A DNA stretch of 64,000 nt from the NCBI RefSeq assembly GCF_002105155.1, contig NW_019028989.1, forward strand, positions 124,001 to 188,000, in the 5' to 3' direction. How positions within the stretch are numbered: the stretch's first letter is position 1; every line of letters begins with the position of its first letter. The notes beneath the pieces are model-generated. The model was not told where the DNA came from. It ran no database searches and saw only the letters and a list, made by a program, of their open reading frames with translations. Below, piece after piece: positions 50,336-64,000 of this stretch. Source of the DNA: Lobosporangium transversale. Its lineage: Eukaryota. The position numbers and the translations under genes are program-made.

Positions 50336-51612
50336 CAAGCAAACAAGTTTTTTTATTCATTAATGAACCTTGCTGCATAACAATGCAAGCAACTAAGTGT
50401 ATTCTGGGCATCTATACTTTACCAAGTCCGCACTCATAAAATCGAACTTTGTCATCCTTCCATTTATTTTATTCTTTGAAAAGTATTCAAAAACCGACCT
50501 TGTGCGACGACCCCTATACTATCTCTGTCTTTTACATCTTGTACACAGAAGACCTTATGGGCTCGCTGATGGCTGTCCCTGGATTTTTCAATTGGCAACA
50601 AAGCGCAAACACCTGCCTACAAGTTATTTGTAGGGTACAATGACCACCTGACCTTGCACCATTTTTTCCATCCCCTTGCTTTCCTCTCTTTCTCTTACAA
50701 ACCCTTTCTGTTTCTCCTGAATCTGCTCGGGGCCGGGGATCTTTGATTCGCAAATGCACCATTACGCTTTTGAGCATCTGTTTAGTCATTTTGTAGATTT
50801 TATAGATATAGTTTATTCCTTTTTTAGACTATGTTGGATCGTCCCGCCTAAAACAAAAAAAAAAAAAAAAAAAAAAAAAAACAACAAGAACAGCGACACC
50901 TGTAGCACTACACAACTGTTGTTTGTTTTGACTGACAAATTGCCCCTTTTTTCCGTCCAGTCCTCACTTCTATTGCCTTGCTTTCCTTTCTCTTCCATCT
51001 TCTCTTCAAAGGGCTCATTGCTCTTGAGCTCGTTTGAACCTCCTTTTAAACGTATCAGAGACTTGGAGGGGGGAGGACTAAGCTTCAGTTCTCCCTTTAA
51101 GGCTTAACTGTTCGCTTACAGCAATCAATAAAAAAAAATAAAAAAAAAAAAAAAAAAAAAGCTTATAGTAGCATCCCTTCGATAAACTGCAAATGTACGC
51201 AGGCTACCAATTGCTGCTCTTCACTGTCCAATGGCCTTTGCACCATTTTTTGCTTTTTATTGCCATTGGCTATATTCAGCAAAGACATGTCCAATGAACA
51301 TCTCAGGTCTCGCGACCGCTTAAATGACGGCAATGCATCCTTAGACTCCAAAAAGGCCTACTTCTGTTCGTAAAAATAGTGATAATTATTGATTTTCTAA
51401 GCCCATACTCTTGTTTACTCAAGATTGCTTTCCAGCATTTCTATTTACTTATTGCTTCTTGTACTTTAGCCATTAGCTGAACAAGGAATATTAAAGCAAA
51501 TAATTGCTAAAAGGGGTTTAACGTACCTACTTTTCACTCGATAGGGTTTCCTCAAGAGCTTATTACCATAGCACTTTAGCTTTTAAACTTTAGTATTCGT
51601 AAATCTATACTG

Positions 51613-51645
<33 letters not shown>

Positions 51646-52313
51646 AAAGAAAGAAAGAAATAGCTCGATGTATTTTTAAAGTATTGGACACTACAACATT
51701 CCATGGCGCTTTTGCTCCTTAGCAGAACAGTATGGAAAATATCATGTCATTGTCCAACTTTATACTTTTGCTCGCTTATATTTTTTCAGATCTTCTGAAT
51801 GTTTATGTTCTACTTGTATCACCACACCAGTCTCCCCCTTGCAGACAGAAACAATAAAAAAAAGGCTTTCACTTCCTTCCGCTCCTCTGGATCAACTCTG
51901 TAATGCAATAGCTCTTAGATTTTTACCACATTGGTTATTGAGGCCCATTAAAACATTACTTTTTCTACTTTAAATCTTAGGGCGCAATATGCACTTTATC
52001 ATCAGATAGCATTGAGTGGATTGTGTATGTGGCGAAATTAGAGTTGTATTCTCCTGTTTGTTTGTTGTTGTCAAGTCTCATGTCCTTGATAGCAATCTTA
52101 TTGGTTTTCTTAATTATCACACTTGTATTCAATCTCACGTCCACCACTGCAAGTGTCTCCATTTTGTCCGCACACGTAAATCAAGCTATTACCATACCCT
52201 TGGCACAACAACTGTAGTGTCGACCCTAACTTAGTTTCGCTCTCTCTTTTCTGCATACACACATTTATTCTACCTGTTGATGTCCCCTATAGCCGTTTTG
52301 TATTGACTATATC

Positions 52314-53456
52314 ATGTCTTCCAGTGCCGAAGAAAGTCCTTTGCATAATCAAAACAAAATCGTCTCAGCTACTCAGCCTATCTCTTCGACAGCAATGTCT
52401 GTAGGAGTCACCGAGGCTTGGGCTGGTTTAGATACAAGCACCCAGCCTCAGCTTAAAGTTGAACCGATGCCACCGTTCAACGGACCCTCCTTGGCTTTGA
52501 ATCTCTCTCACTCATTATCACCAAACACTCGAGTAGAACCACTCCATCCTCAATCTCCCCCATATCCTCTTCATTCGACTGCCTCTCGTCTTCATTTTCA
52601 CTCCTCTGTCCTGTCCATGACTCCGACTACTGCCTCTTCCTCACCTTTAGCTTCTTCAAAAATCATGATGCATACCTCGCAGTTACCTCCGATGCCTCCT
52701 TCTTTATCTATGTCGCATCCTTCACACCATCTTCATCACCACAATGCCATTGGGGCTAGTCCTCCCGGACTATCACAGCAAAACTCGTTTGAGCTGGCTC
52801 ATTTGAACGAGCTTATGACGGGTGAGCTGGTAGTCAGCAAGTCTTCTTCAGCCCTTCAATCGAGCGGTTCCAGTAACAGGCTGCCTCCACCCGCTTCTAT
52901 GCCATCTTTGCCAAATCATACGATGTTTCATGGCCAAGCATCGTCATTCATCTCGATGCAGCAGCAGGTACAATCCCAGCCGCTGTCCTCAACCTCGCAC
53001 TCTAACCAAGGTGCGTTTCAGTCCAACCAGCCTACTATGATCTCAGCTTACTCTACTCATCAAGGTCAACAGAAACAGCAGCCATATCATTGTGCTTCAG
53101 ATTCTACTATGAGCCGTGGGCCGTCCTCCTCATCGAGTTGCTCTACTTCTTCAAGCGCAACGCTTCACCAAGGCCCATATCAGTTGAGCACCGTCAGTAG
53201 TGGAGGTGATGATGCTTGTAGTAACACACATTGTGGCATCAACCAAAACAATGCTGCAATGACAGTACTTGGCTCAACTTCTGCAGGAACTCGCTTTAAT
53301 GATGTGGATTTTAACAAGAACTCTGGGGCCCCTACCACTGAAAAAGTATGATCGCACTGATCTCTGACTTTCACACACCTTTGTTTTTTTATATATTTTT
53401 TTTATTTTTTATTTTTTTATTTTTTTGGCTTGCTCCCTTACCCCTCACCTTTCCCT

Positions 53457-53494
<38 letters not shown>

Positions 53495-54678
53495 TCGTGT
53501 TATCGTTATTGTTTGTCATTTGTTGTTTGCTGTTTGGTGTTTGGTGTTTGGTGTTTGTTTAGTGTTTGGTGTTTTTTTTTGTTTGGTACAGTGGTCTTCA
53601 GCTTATGTCTTCTTTGCACTACATCCCGAATGAAGGAAGCATTGTGTGGCCCGTGGGTTTTTTTTTTTTTTTTTTTTTTTTTCTGAAAATGGGTCTGGGA
53701 AAATTCGAAGATGTAGGAACATATGAGCGTCACTATCCAGTGTAAAAAGGACCATGGCATTTCTTTCAAAGAGAATGGCGGGAAAACAAAAAAAAATTCT
53801 TTGTAAAGGATATACTAAAAAGAGGGAGGAATAGTAGACACCCAGAGGGTCTAGAAATCGGCCAGTGTCAAGCGCAAGGGTATAAAATTTCATTATTAGA
53901 GCCTAATCTATTGTTTATGATCAACAGTGGTTATCGAGAGTGCCGACTAAGAAATCAAGTTTCAATCTCCTTTAATACGATTATTATGATTACGATTATG
54001 ATTACTATTATTATTATTGATGCTGCTCTTGTGGTTGGAGACCCCTGAACACCCGGCTTCCGTTGTATTCATGCGAGACATCTGATTCGGTCAGCTATTC
54101 ATTTCCCTTGCGTTTTTGGGTGAGCGTCCCTATTCTTACAGTATAATATCCAAGCACTGGCAAATGAATGACCAGGTGCATGTTTCCTTCCTCTGTGTTT
54201 GTTTGGGGAAGGGGAGACGAAAAGGGAAGAGTAAAATAGACAGCGCGGGAAGAAACAATATTCAGCTCTCTCTTTTTTCTTTTTTTGATTAAGATAATGC
54301 AATTCAATGGGAGTTTCTGCAACCATGTCCTGTCTCCTGATCATCTGCAGTGTGTGTACTACAATCTGTCTGGGTACACAATAAAAAAAAGGGAAAAAAA
54401 AAAAAAGCGCGCCTGGTGGCTGTTACTCTCACCTTGTACTCCCCTCCTATCCCCCTCTTGGTTTTCCTTTATGGTATTCTTCCCGCGGTTTTCCTTTCAC
54501 ATTTGTCTCTTGGTCATTTCTATTTACCCCCATTCCCACTGGCACTTGAAAAGAAAAGAAAAGAAAAGAAAAAGTCAAATCCTGACATTTATCCTGTTAT
54601 GCATGCTACAACCTCCATTCAATTTCATAACGGCAATTGCACACATCCTTTTCCCGCCCTTGTTCATGATCATGTACG

Positions 54679-54709
<31 letters not shown>

Positions 54710-55707
54710 TCTTTCAATGGCCAACTCCTGCTTTGCCTTTACTGAGAAGGAGCAATGTTCTTTTATGAAAATCAAGGATGAATGGATCGATCGAATGGGC
54801 TGTAGAGGAGGAGGGAGAGAAAGAGGGAGAGAGAGCTGATTATAAAATAGCTAATGAAGGTTTTTTTAATCGTCGTACATGCCTGCGCGTGAAGAAGTCA
54901 TGAATGTGACATGTGTCTCTTGTTTTGTTTGTACATCCTTTACTTCATGGTGTCTCTTCGTGCCTTTTTTTTTTTTTTACAATATGCTCTATTATTCGTG
55001 CATGTCGATGTTAGTCCATATTCGCATATGAACATACACAGAATGTGGGAGGAAGAGAGAAGGAGGGGTCCTCCTTTCCTTTTCTCTCCTCTCCTCTCTT
55101 CCGATTCTCTTTTTTAGTCCTATGGGACCCTGTCTGCTGTCTGATCCTTGTGATTGCATTTTATCCTTTATAATCACCTTTCTTTACTTCATCTGGTCTT
55201 GTATGCATGGTCATATATCATTGTGGTGTCCACTGTGCACCTTTTTTTTTGCATATCGAGCTAACATGTTGTTCTTATTCTATTTTGGGGGGAGTTTTTT
55301 CTTTTTTGGGAAAATGTAAGGGGAGTCAGGATTGAGCATTAGTGTGTTGGTGGCAAAATGGCATTTTGAATGATCAAAATGACTTTATACACTGTTCGGG
55401 CTGTGAATCGTGGTTGTTCATCAAATTTCTTATCTCTGTCCTGTTGACCAATTTAGCTCAGCTTTTTTTTTTTTTTTTTTTTGCTTCGCCTTTGGTTTCC
55501 TACCTAAATTTTCTTTTTCTTTCTTTCTTTTTCTTTTTTTAAAAAAAACAACTTCTCATGATGAATCCTTTCCATTCGTCTTCCATTTTACCTTATGTAT
55601 TCTCCCGCCTTTGTTTCCGATCCACCTATACGCGTGTCCGGTGTTTCCTCGTTTTCTTTCGTTTTGATTATGCGGTCAAATTGTATGTTTGGCGATGGCA
55701 ATCTTGA

Positions 55708-55741
<34 letters not shown>

Positions 55742-56301
55742 CTCGGCCTTTTTTTTTTCGTTAGTGTGTGGTGGTGTGTGTTTTTCCCTTAATGGCCCAT
55801 TCCCGTGCTTGCGTTGGCAGTGCTGACGAAGTTTTTTTTTTTTTTTTAATCAACCTTGATGACCGTTACACTGGTATTTCAACTTGAGCTTCCAGACTAA
55901 GAATAATTTGTCCGTTTACATCCAGTAGCCAACTTCATTTGGGAAAGGAGAATGAGCGCAGGTGTGGATTTAACAGTTTGTAGTTTGTGTTGCGAGTACA
56001 AAAGTGTGCGTCTTGTCTTTGATTGTTTACAGTCTCCCAGTCAAAAGAACATTTTGTGCATGTTCTTGTCTGTCCAGCCTTGGTCACACACACGCACGCA
56101 CGCACACACCCCTCTCTCTTCTCGCGCGCTTTTATCCTTATGCTCTCTTTCTCTCTCTCTCTCTTTTTTTTAAATATATATATATATATATATGTATATA
56201 AACATTTTATTTTATATTATATTATTTTATTATCATTTATATTTATATTTTCGATCTTGTTCTACGCGATATTCAATTTGGTCTTCTTTCTCTCTCTTTC
56301 C

Positions 56302-56350
<49 letters not shown>

Positions 56351-56715
56351 CCTCTCTCTCGTTTCTTCATTTCAATTCTCCTATCCTCTCTCATTTCTTT
56401 TGTCTCCTTTTCTCCCTTTTCTCCCTTTTCTCCCTTTTCTCCCTTTTCTCCCTTTTCTTCCTTTCTCCCTGTCTGTCTAAACACCCTTTCTTCTATTCTT
56501 TTTCTCTCTCGTTTCCTTAAGTGTATCTTACTTTTACTTACCCAAGCTTCCACCTAATTAATATCTGTTAGATGGACGACTTTTATGACAAGCTCCTAGG
56601 CATGACCTTTAAGCAATCAAGCGACGCCATCAGTAAATGTCGCGACTTGGCCCGGGAGCATGGCTTCACAGTCAAGCAGGAGACAAGTTCGAATAAGGTA
56701 ATAAAAAATAAAATA

Positions 56716-56752
<37 letters not shown>

Positions 56753-57464
56753 TTTTCCCAGTTACACACACCAAAGTTCTGTGCATACCATGCACATATT
56801 TTGAGAAACAAGAAAAAAGAAACAAAAAAAAAAAAAAAAAAAGATAGAGAGGGCCATGGATTTATGGGATGATGTATGTGTGAGAGATGTAAGGGAGCGT
56901 TTTTAAAAAAGATATGAATGTGTTTATGAATGTGAGTGGACATGATTGGGCAAGCTGGGATGGGACGGACAGGATCGCTCACCTTGTTTTGTGATATTTT
57001 TATTGTTATTGTTACACTCTTCCACCAGTCCACTGTCCTGGAAGCTCCTCCCTTCCCTCCTTCATCCTCCCCACCTCAATTTTTCCATCCCATTTTTCTT
57101 TCAGTCATTCCGCCCCCATCATTTGTCTCAACTCTATCTTCTCTTCTCTCTTTCTTCTCTTCTCTTCTCTTCTCTTCTCTTCTCTTCTCTTCTCTCTTTT
57201 GAATTCTACTTTTATTCTACTCTATTTTATTTCATTTTCCCTTCATTATCTCTGTGTTACGAACAGTAATCCACACTTGTGGGCACGTCAATGTTAAGAA
57301 GCTCAAATCATGACTGTAACTTAAAAAGGGCGGGATATTTTATCAAAAGTAAGCATTTGAGTTGCATGCATATTTCGCAGCACATTCTGCAAGCATGACA
57401 AAAAGGGACCAAAATGATTTCAACCTCAGACCAAGGGGGGAAGGAGTACAAAAAACAAGGGTTG

Positions 57465-57499
<35 letters not shown>

Positions 57500-57594
57500 C
57501 ACATTAAAGTGTTCTGTTGACGACACCTGCCACAAAATAATCTGTGCTCACAATATCAATTCAGTTCTTTCAAGAATCAATGACGATAACTGCT

Positions 57595-57628
<34 letters not shown>

Positions 57629-59646
57629 GGGGGGGGGGGGAGAGGAGAGGAAGGGGGGAAAGAGAGGGCAAATGAATGAAGAATGAAAGGAAAGCTTGCG
57701 GCTTGTCAGCTCTTGTGACTTTTACAATATGATGTAACAGCCAATGCTCGTCCAACGGAGAGGATGCATGCATCTCTAAGATCAAAACGAGTGTCCTTTC
57801 CTTTTTCTTGTTCTTTGTGTTTACGTTTTTTTCTGTTGGTGTATCATGTATCATGCATTAACGTGCACAAGAGTGTTCCCAAACAGCATTTTATTATTTG
57901 TTGTGACCCACTGTCTCACTAACTAACTATACTCATCTAAATTGGCTGATTTTACTTTTCACTTCCTAGAATGTCTACCTGTACTGTTCACGTGAAGGTG
58001 TCCCTGATTCCGTCAAAAACAACAAGGAGATTAAACGTAAACGATTGTCTATGAGATGCGACTGCAAGTGGCGCATTACCCTATTCCAGCAAGAGTCAAA
58101 GCATTGGGTCTTCCGCAAAGCCATGAACCCAGCTTCTATGACCCATAATCACCCGTTAATCTCACCAGATGATATTCGGCAACCTTGGCCCCAGGCTGTC
58201 TTTGACAGAATCGCGTACTACGCCAGGCAAAGAAACTTGACAACCTCGGATACTCGTGAAAGAATCAAGGAGGATTTTCCAGACTTGATCTGGGATGAGC
58301 GACGCTTCTATAATCGATTGACTGAGGAGCGTAAGCAGATTAAACTACGGGATTCAGAAAGTCGAGTCTTTTCCACGATGGAGCTAGCTGCCCGTGTCGC
58401 CAGTCTAGCCAGCGCAGACCCAACTCTCTCCTACAAAGTCACATCAAGCCTCGAGAATGTCCTAGTTGAGATTTGTGAGCAGCTGCGGATCGATCCCGCT
58501 GGTGCAAACTCGCGCGTTCTGGCTTCGCCGCCTCCCTCTGGAGGAGCAGGAGGGCCTTCAATGAATATGACCTCACCTTCAAACACTAGTCCTGCTTTCA
58601 GTCCATCTTCATCCTCAAACTCGCCACTTAGTTCTTCTGATTACCTTGTGACTTATCCAGGATGTGTCATATCTGTCAAGAATACTCCGAGCCAGAAAGG
58701 ACGCCCTTCCTCTGCTTCATCCCCAGTGGTGGATTCCAGCTACGGTTTGGGCCTTGGAATGCCATCAATCAATGATAGGAAGCGCTCTCTCAGTGAAGAA
58801 TGCTTTACACGGCATGGTATCGGCGGCGCTTCGACAACAGCTCCTTCATTCAGCTCTGCCATGAGTGCTACCCAGATGATGAGCCATCTGGATATGTCCA
58901 CAACCTCGTCAGGAACTGTAGGACCATTGCAAGGACCCCTTCCTGGCCTAGACTCCTCTGTCATGTCTGGGGGCCCTAGTTTGCTGATGATGCAAGGCAA
59001 TAATGGTTATCACCCTCACTCGGGCCCTAATCATGCTCATCAGCAGCAATCACATCATCATCAACAACAACAGCTATACCACCCCCATGATACCCAACCA
59101 CATCATGGCAATCAATCGTTGTCTTCTGGAATGGCCACAGCATTTCGGCCTCATCAACAGTACCATCCATACCAACAACCGCACCATCAGCAAGCGCACC
59201 CGGCTGCTATAAGCCAAGAAGATTTGTCTTCGTCAGAGTTGTCACTAGACCTGGATCCTTCAGATTACACTCGTCAAGAACAAGCTCCGACTATAAAGAG
59301 AAACCATTCAGTAGATATCAAGCAAGAATTTCAATCATTCTATCAACCCATAATATCTACTCAACAACAGCAGCAGCCACCACTCCCTCCACAGGTCCAA
59401 AGACGAACAGGAGGATCTCCAGGGCCAGGAGGGGCCACCAACAGAGCGTATTCACATCCCAACATTCATCCTAATCATTTCTTAGGTGAACCAGAGGACG
59501 TGTTTTCAAACCCTGTGACATTCCAACAGGTGGCTACAACGGGTCAATACCACTACACCACTTCGTCTGGAGCCGGTGGTAGTGGTGGTTATCTTCATAC
59601 GAGCTATCCAGGCACTGGTCAACAGTCCAACAATAATTCAGGGTGA
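52314..59646 (+). CDS. FAR1/AFT-type (WRKY-GCM1 fold) Zn-finger transcription factor, 3 exons with long introns
   Basis: Exons 52314-53345, 56572-56697 and 57970-59646 join in phase 0: ...AREHGFTVKQETSSNK|NVYLYCSREG...KRKRLSMRCDCKWRI...HNHPL; S/Q/H-rich flanks. Confidence 0.75.
56140..56465. repeat. compound pyrimidine-rich microsatellite region ((CT)n, (TA)n, 9-bp tctcccttt-type units)
   Basis: Directly visible in the intron just upstream of exon 2 of the transcription factor gene. Confidence 0.85.
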
Positions 59647-60661
59647 ACAAAACATTTTGCGACAGGTTTAGAGTAAGTAAGTGTGCTTGATACAAGTCCT
59701 TTATTTGTAGGAAGATGTAATCTGTTTTTAATATTAACCATTATTTTTTTCTTTTGTTTTTTATTCTTTATAGTGAAGGCCCTTTATTTTTTTTTTTATT
59801 TTTTTATTTTTTTTAAATGTTGAACAACGAAAATGGTCCGTCTATTTATTCTATTCCTTCAGCGCCATCTCGTTTATTTTTTATTTTTTTGTGGTTTTTG
59901 TTTTTTGTTTTGTTTTGGTTTTTGTTTTATTGTTGTTAACAGTGTAGTTGTTTTCTTTTTTTTTTTTCTTTTTTTTTTTTTTTCCTTTCGTCGTCTTTCC
60001 TGCTGTAAATATAATAATATAATATAATCCTTATCATTTTTTTTATTGTCAAAATTTTCCTATTTTTTATTTTATTATTATTTTATTTTATTTTATTTTA
60101 TTTTTTTTTTTTTCGCATTCTTTATTTCTTCTTCCTTTACTTGGGCCTAGTATAACATATATTTGAAGGCATAATAAGCTCACAGACAACAATAAAAATA
60201 ATTTTAAAAAAAATAAAAATAAAAAGCAAAGATCTCTATCCTCTATTTGAATGTGAATGGTGTTTATAATTTATTGTGCTTTTTTTTATGATTCATGTTA
60301 AATGTGGCTGTATAATTGTGGTTCTAAACGTGATTGAAATCGTAAGATTGAAATTTTTGCTGATATCGACATCAGAGATCCATGTTGAGCAAGTTTTTCT
60401 TCAAGTCCTTGCTGCATGGTTGGAGTGGTGGAGAAAGTTGTAAATGATAAAAAAAAAAAAAAAAAAAACGGGAAGAAAGAAGGAAAGAAAAAATTGAAGT
60501 AGTCATGTATGCATGTATGTAATTTTTTTTTTTTTTTTTTTTAAACAAAACAAAAAAAAAAAAAAAAAGGCATAGCAAGTAAATCAACAGATCCCTAGCA
60601 TAGAATTGTAAAAAAGAACAAAGATAGGAAAGAGAGAACACAAAGAATCACCTGAAAGCCT

Positions 60662-63287
60662 TCAAACATCATGAATACCCGAGTTCTGAGATGAATTCAT
60701 CGCCATTTGCGCTGCTGCTGCTGCACGACGGTCTAATTCACGTCGGACATGGCTCATTCCCAACTCATCCCCAAACGTCATAGATCCAGTCTCGCCTGAA
60801 GATTTGCGACTTCCTGGACTAGTATTGCCATATGCTGTCGCTAAATTGCTATTGCTCCCATGACTCGTGAGGTAACTTCCTACTGTCCGTTGCTCACCAT
60901 TTGCTGACGCATAACGTGGATGTCGCCCTCCAATTGTACTGTTTGTAGCAGTGGTCATACCAGATGTAATACCGTTTCCGGCAACCGTACGGGCAAAGCG
61001 CGCTCGGTTTCTTTGTTGTTGAATGGTGGGACCAGAGAATCGACGCCGACTTCTGTTCCATTGCCTGGAGCGTGAAAACATAGGCTTCAGATATCGCTCA
61101 TCAAACGACAGGAACCAATGTGTATCATCTGGATGATTGGCTGAAGCAACTGGAAGCGGAAGGATTGTATTGTCGCGATATTGATGATGGCCGTTGGATC
61201 CTGTGGACGGACTTGATCCTGATGACCCAACATAATCATCATCCGAAGGCCGTGACTGCAAAGACAACTCTGAATTGGAAAATGAAGACTGTAGATAAAG
61301 CGCCTGGCTATCTGATCCACGCCCATAGACATCCTCTGTGAGGTATATTTCCCGTTCGCGATCATAATCTTCGTATTCATTGTCGTCACTTTCGCCTTCA
61401 GAATCTACACATCCAATCTTGACTCCCAAAATACCAAGCATCCTGGCAGTAGTCCCTCCAAAGACGATCACCGACAATACCACTACCACTAGGATCGTCG
61501 TTTTCAGTGCTGCTGCCTCATTCACTCCGTCCAAACTAGCTGCCAACGCAAACGCAACGGCCCCGCGTAGTCCAGCCCAGAAGAGCATGACCTGATGTGG
61601 CCTCGATAGTGTATCCGACCTCTTTAAAACATATACTGAGATCATGTTAATGAATGATGAAAGTGGGAAAACAGCCGAGTATCTTGAAAAACAAATAAAG
61701 ACCTAAGAAGATGTATTAAAGTAAAAAGAGTATAAGAAGCAAGTTCATATTAAGCCTTTAAATAATAACAATAGTAATAATAAAACTTACAAAAGTAAAG
61801 AAAATGAAAAACGGCCTGTAGTCCAGATCCATCTCAGTGAACAAAGTTAGTCCCAGGTAAATAAAGATAAAGTTCTCCGAGAGTTGAGCCAAAACCTGAA
61901 ACAGAGACTTTGTAGTCCTCTTGGATCTCGAAGACATACTCTCGTAGGCGTAGTGCTTTAGTGTGATACCACAGAACAATAATGAGACAATACCGGAGAG
62001 GTGAACACTGTTGGAGAAGAAATAGGACGCATAGGCCATCAAGGCGATTAGGCATGATTCCAATCCTGGGTAAAGATGGATATTTGTCCGTTTCAACGCC
62101 AGAGCTGCAATCAATCCAATGATAACGCCAATCATCAGGGAAATAGAGAAAACAAAAAAGAATGTTGATACTCCGTGGAGCACATTGCCCAGATGAAAAT
62201 CCTCTCCTCTGTATTTTTTCAACGTCCTAATGGAATAGGGATAGTTAGAATGGAGGAGGGGAGTTAAATGTAAATTGAGTGTCGTTAACGCTTTTTTTTT
62301 TTTTTGTTACAATATTCCAAATTCTCAAATGTTCCTTACTCAAACATCACAATCGAAACGGCATCGTTGAGAATACTTTCTCCAAAAATGACGGAGTATA
62401 ACTTTGGATCTACTTTGAGCTGGTTAAAAATAGCAAGGATCGTCACTGGATCCGTGGCAGATAAGACAGATCCAAAGATCATCGAGTCCAGGAAACTGAG
62501 CTGAAGCGATTCAAGTCCTGTCAATGACAACAAGTATACGAGTACACTAATGGTTTTTTTTTTTTTTTTTTTTTTTTTGAAAATCGAAAAAAAAAAAAAA
62601 AAAAAAAATACACGTGGTTAGTTGATGAGACTTTTCAGTGAGTGGGAAATTCAGAACATGGCGCTTGCTTTGCCCCCACCCCCCCTTTTTTTTTCTCTTC
62701 TCATTTCTGCTTTTAACAGATGTTTGTGAACAAACTTTTGGTCTTACCCAACTACGAGTGCAGATATGAATGTGCCTACAAACGCAAAAGTCAAAATACT
62801 ACCAAGGTTTCGGAAGAAGCGAGCTTGCTTCATCTCATATCCTGAATTAAGAATAATTGGCGGTAGTAGTAGGTTGAAAAAGTAGGTATGTTTAAATGTG
62901 ACCATATCCTGAACCATGCGTCCTGGCGAGACCCGGATGATGAACCCGACAACCATCCCTATTTTACAAGAGAAGTATATATTTTATTTTATTTTTTTCA
63001 GTGAGCTTTTCTTTCTCTCATATTTGCCACAATTGGGATGCCATCGTAACACTGAGAAGCCTCCCCCTCTTTTTTTTTTTTTTTTTTTTAACTGAAGAGC
63101 TATACTAACCAGTCATGATGGAGATGACAGTCTCATGGATGGCAGTGATCTTGCGAACCTGAAGGTAATACGAAGTCCACATGGCACCGATCAACAACAC
63201 TGTGAGAATTAGTAATGCCCAGCTCGAATACAATTCCTCCACATCAGCTGGTGGCGGAATGCCCTCAGCAAAGTCAATTTCGCCCAT
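60662..63287 (-). CDS. NHX1: Endosomal Na+(K+)/H+ exchanger (NHX1/NHE6-9 type), multi-exon
   Basis: [67 protein letters not shown] and WAGLRGAV. Confidence 0.96.
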
Positions 63288-63837
63288 GGAGTTTAAAATT
63301 ATACAAGTCTGTCAAGTAGATTGCTTCAATAAAAAAAGAAGGTGCTGAAAACGTTAAGGGCAATGGGAAAGAGGAGGTCTCGTGAGGTCGAGAATGCTGA
63401 TAATACAAAATAAAAAAGTGAAAAAAGGAAAAAGGAAAAAGGAAAAGAAATAAAGAAAAATAGATAGGTAGATAGATAAATAGATAGATAATGGGATGGA
63501 ATGGGTAGAGAACAAAGAATTGAATGTGAATGAATGAATGGATGAATGTGAGAGAGAGAATGATATAATTTATTTAATAACGACGTATGACAGAGAAAAA
63601 GCCTAATGGACTAAAAAAAAAAAAAAAAGAAGGGCGAAGGGGCCAATTTTGCAGTGCAACAGAACAGTAATCATATTTTCTCGTCCCTCTCCCTGTCGCT
63701 CAGGGACCAGTTGCACTGCCCAATCACCACGCATATTTCTTATGACTACTACAATTTTTTTATTTCAACATTGAAAAAAAGCCATTGCTCATTCCCAGCG
63801 CGACTTCTTATTCCGTCTATTCTCTTCTTCATGCCCA

Positions 63838-63878
<41 letters not shown>

Positions 63879-64000
63879 ATTTACCCCAGGGAAAGAAGCA
63901 TGGAATGATGAATCTTGACTCTGTCCGAGCTCACGCTTCCCAGGTCCTTGCTCTGCTTGGTCTTGCGAGAATCCTCCATGAGGACGATTTGGAAGTGGAT

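Noticed and set aside
53348..57854. Numerous F/K/L-rich ORFs
   Set aside because: These are artefacts of poly(T)/poly(A) and CT microsatellites in introns (except the true exon 56572-56697).

Overview
Eukaryotic, intron-rich fungal DNA with GT-AG introns and long poly(A)/poly(T) tracts. Gene content and style suggest an early-diverging fungus (Mucoromycota/Mortierellaceae-like; inference). Fourteen host genes are readable: RPC40 (partial), an SPX-RING ligase, gamma-COP, an RsfS/ATP25-like protein, a Cys glutathione peroxidase, threonine aldolase, Sip5-like, a HotDog thioesterase, PP2C, mitochondrial RNA polymerase, a Ran1/Ksp1-like kinase, Arc1, a FAR1/AFT-type Zn-finger transcription factor and NHX1. 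Between GPX and threonine aldolase lies a ~9 kb accessory island (~15.0-24.2 kb). It holds a degenerate piggyBac-like remnant and a complete 2284-bp pogo/Tigger-type transposon (perfect 93-bp hairpin-containing TIRs, TA flanks), whose transposase is interrupted by a 98-bp MITE with a 7-bp TSD. The island also holds an intact six-exon PD-(D/E)xK (Crinkler REase-like) gene and a second, frameshifted CENP-B/DDE_1 transposase without detectable TIRs. All calls come from reading motifs by eye; no database searches were run.
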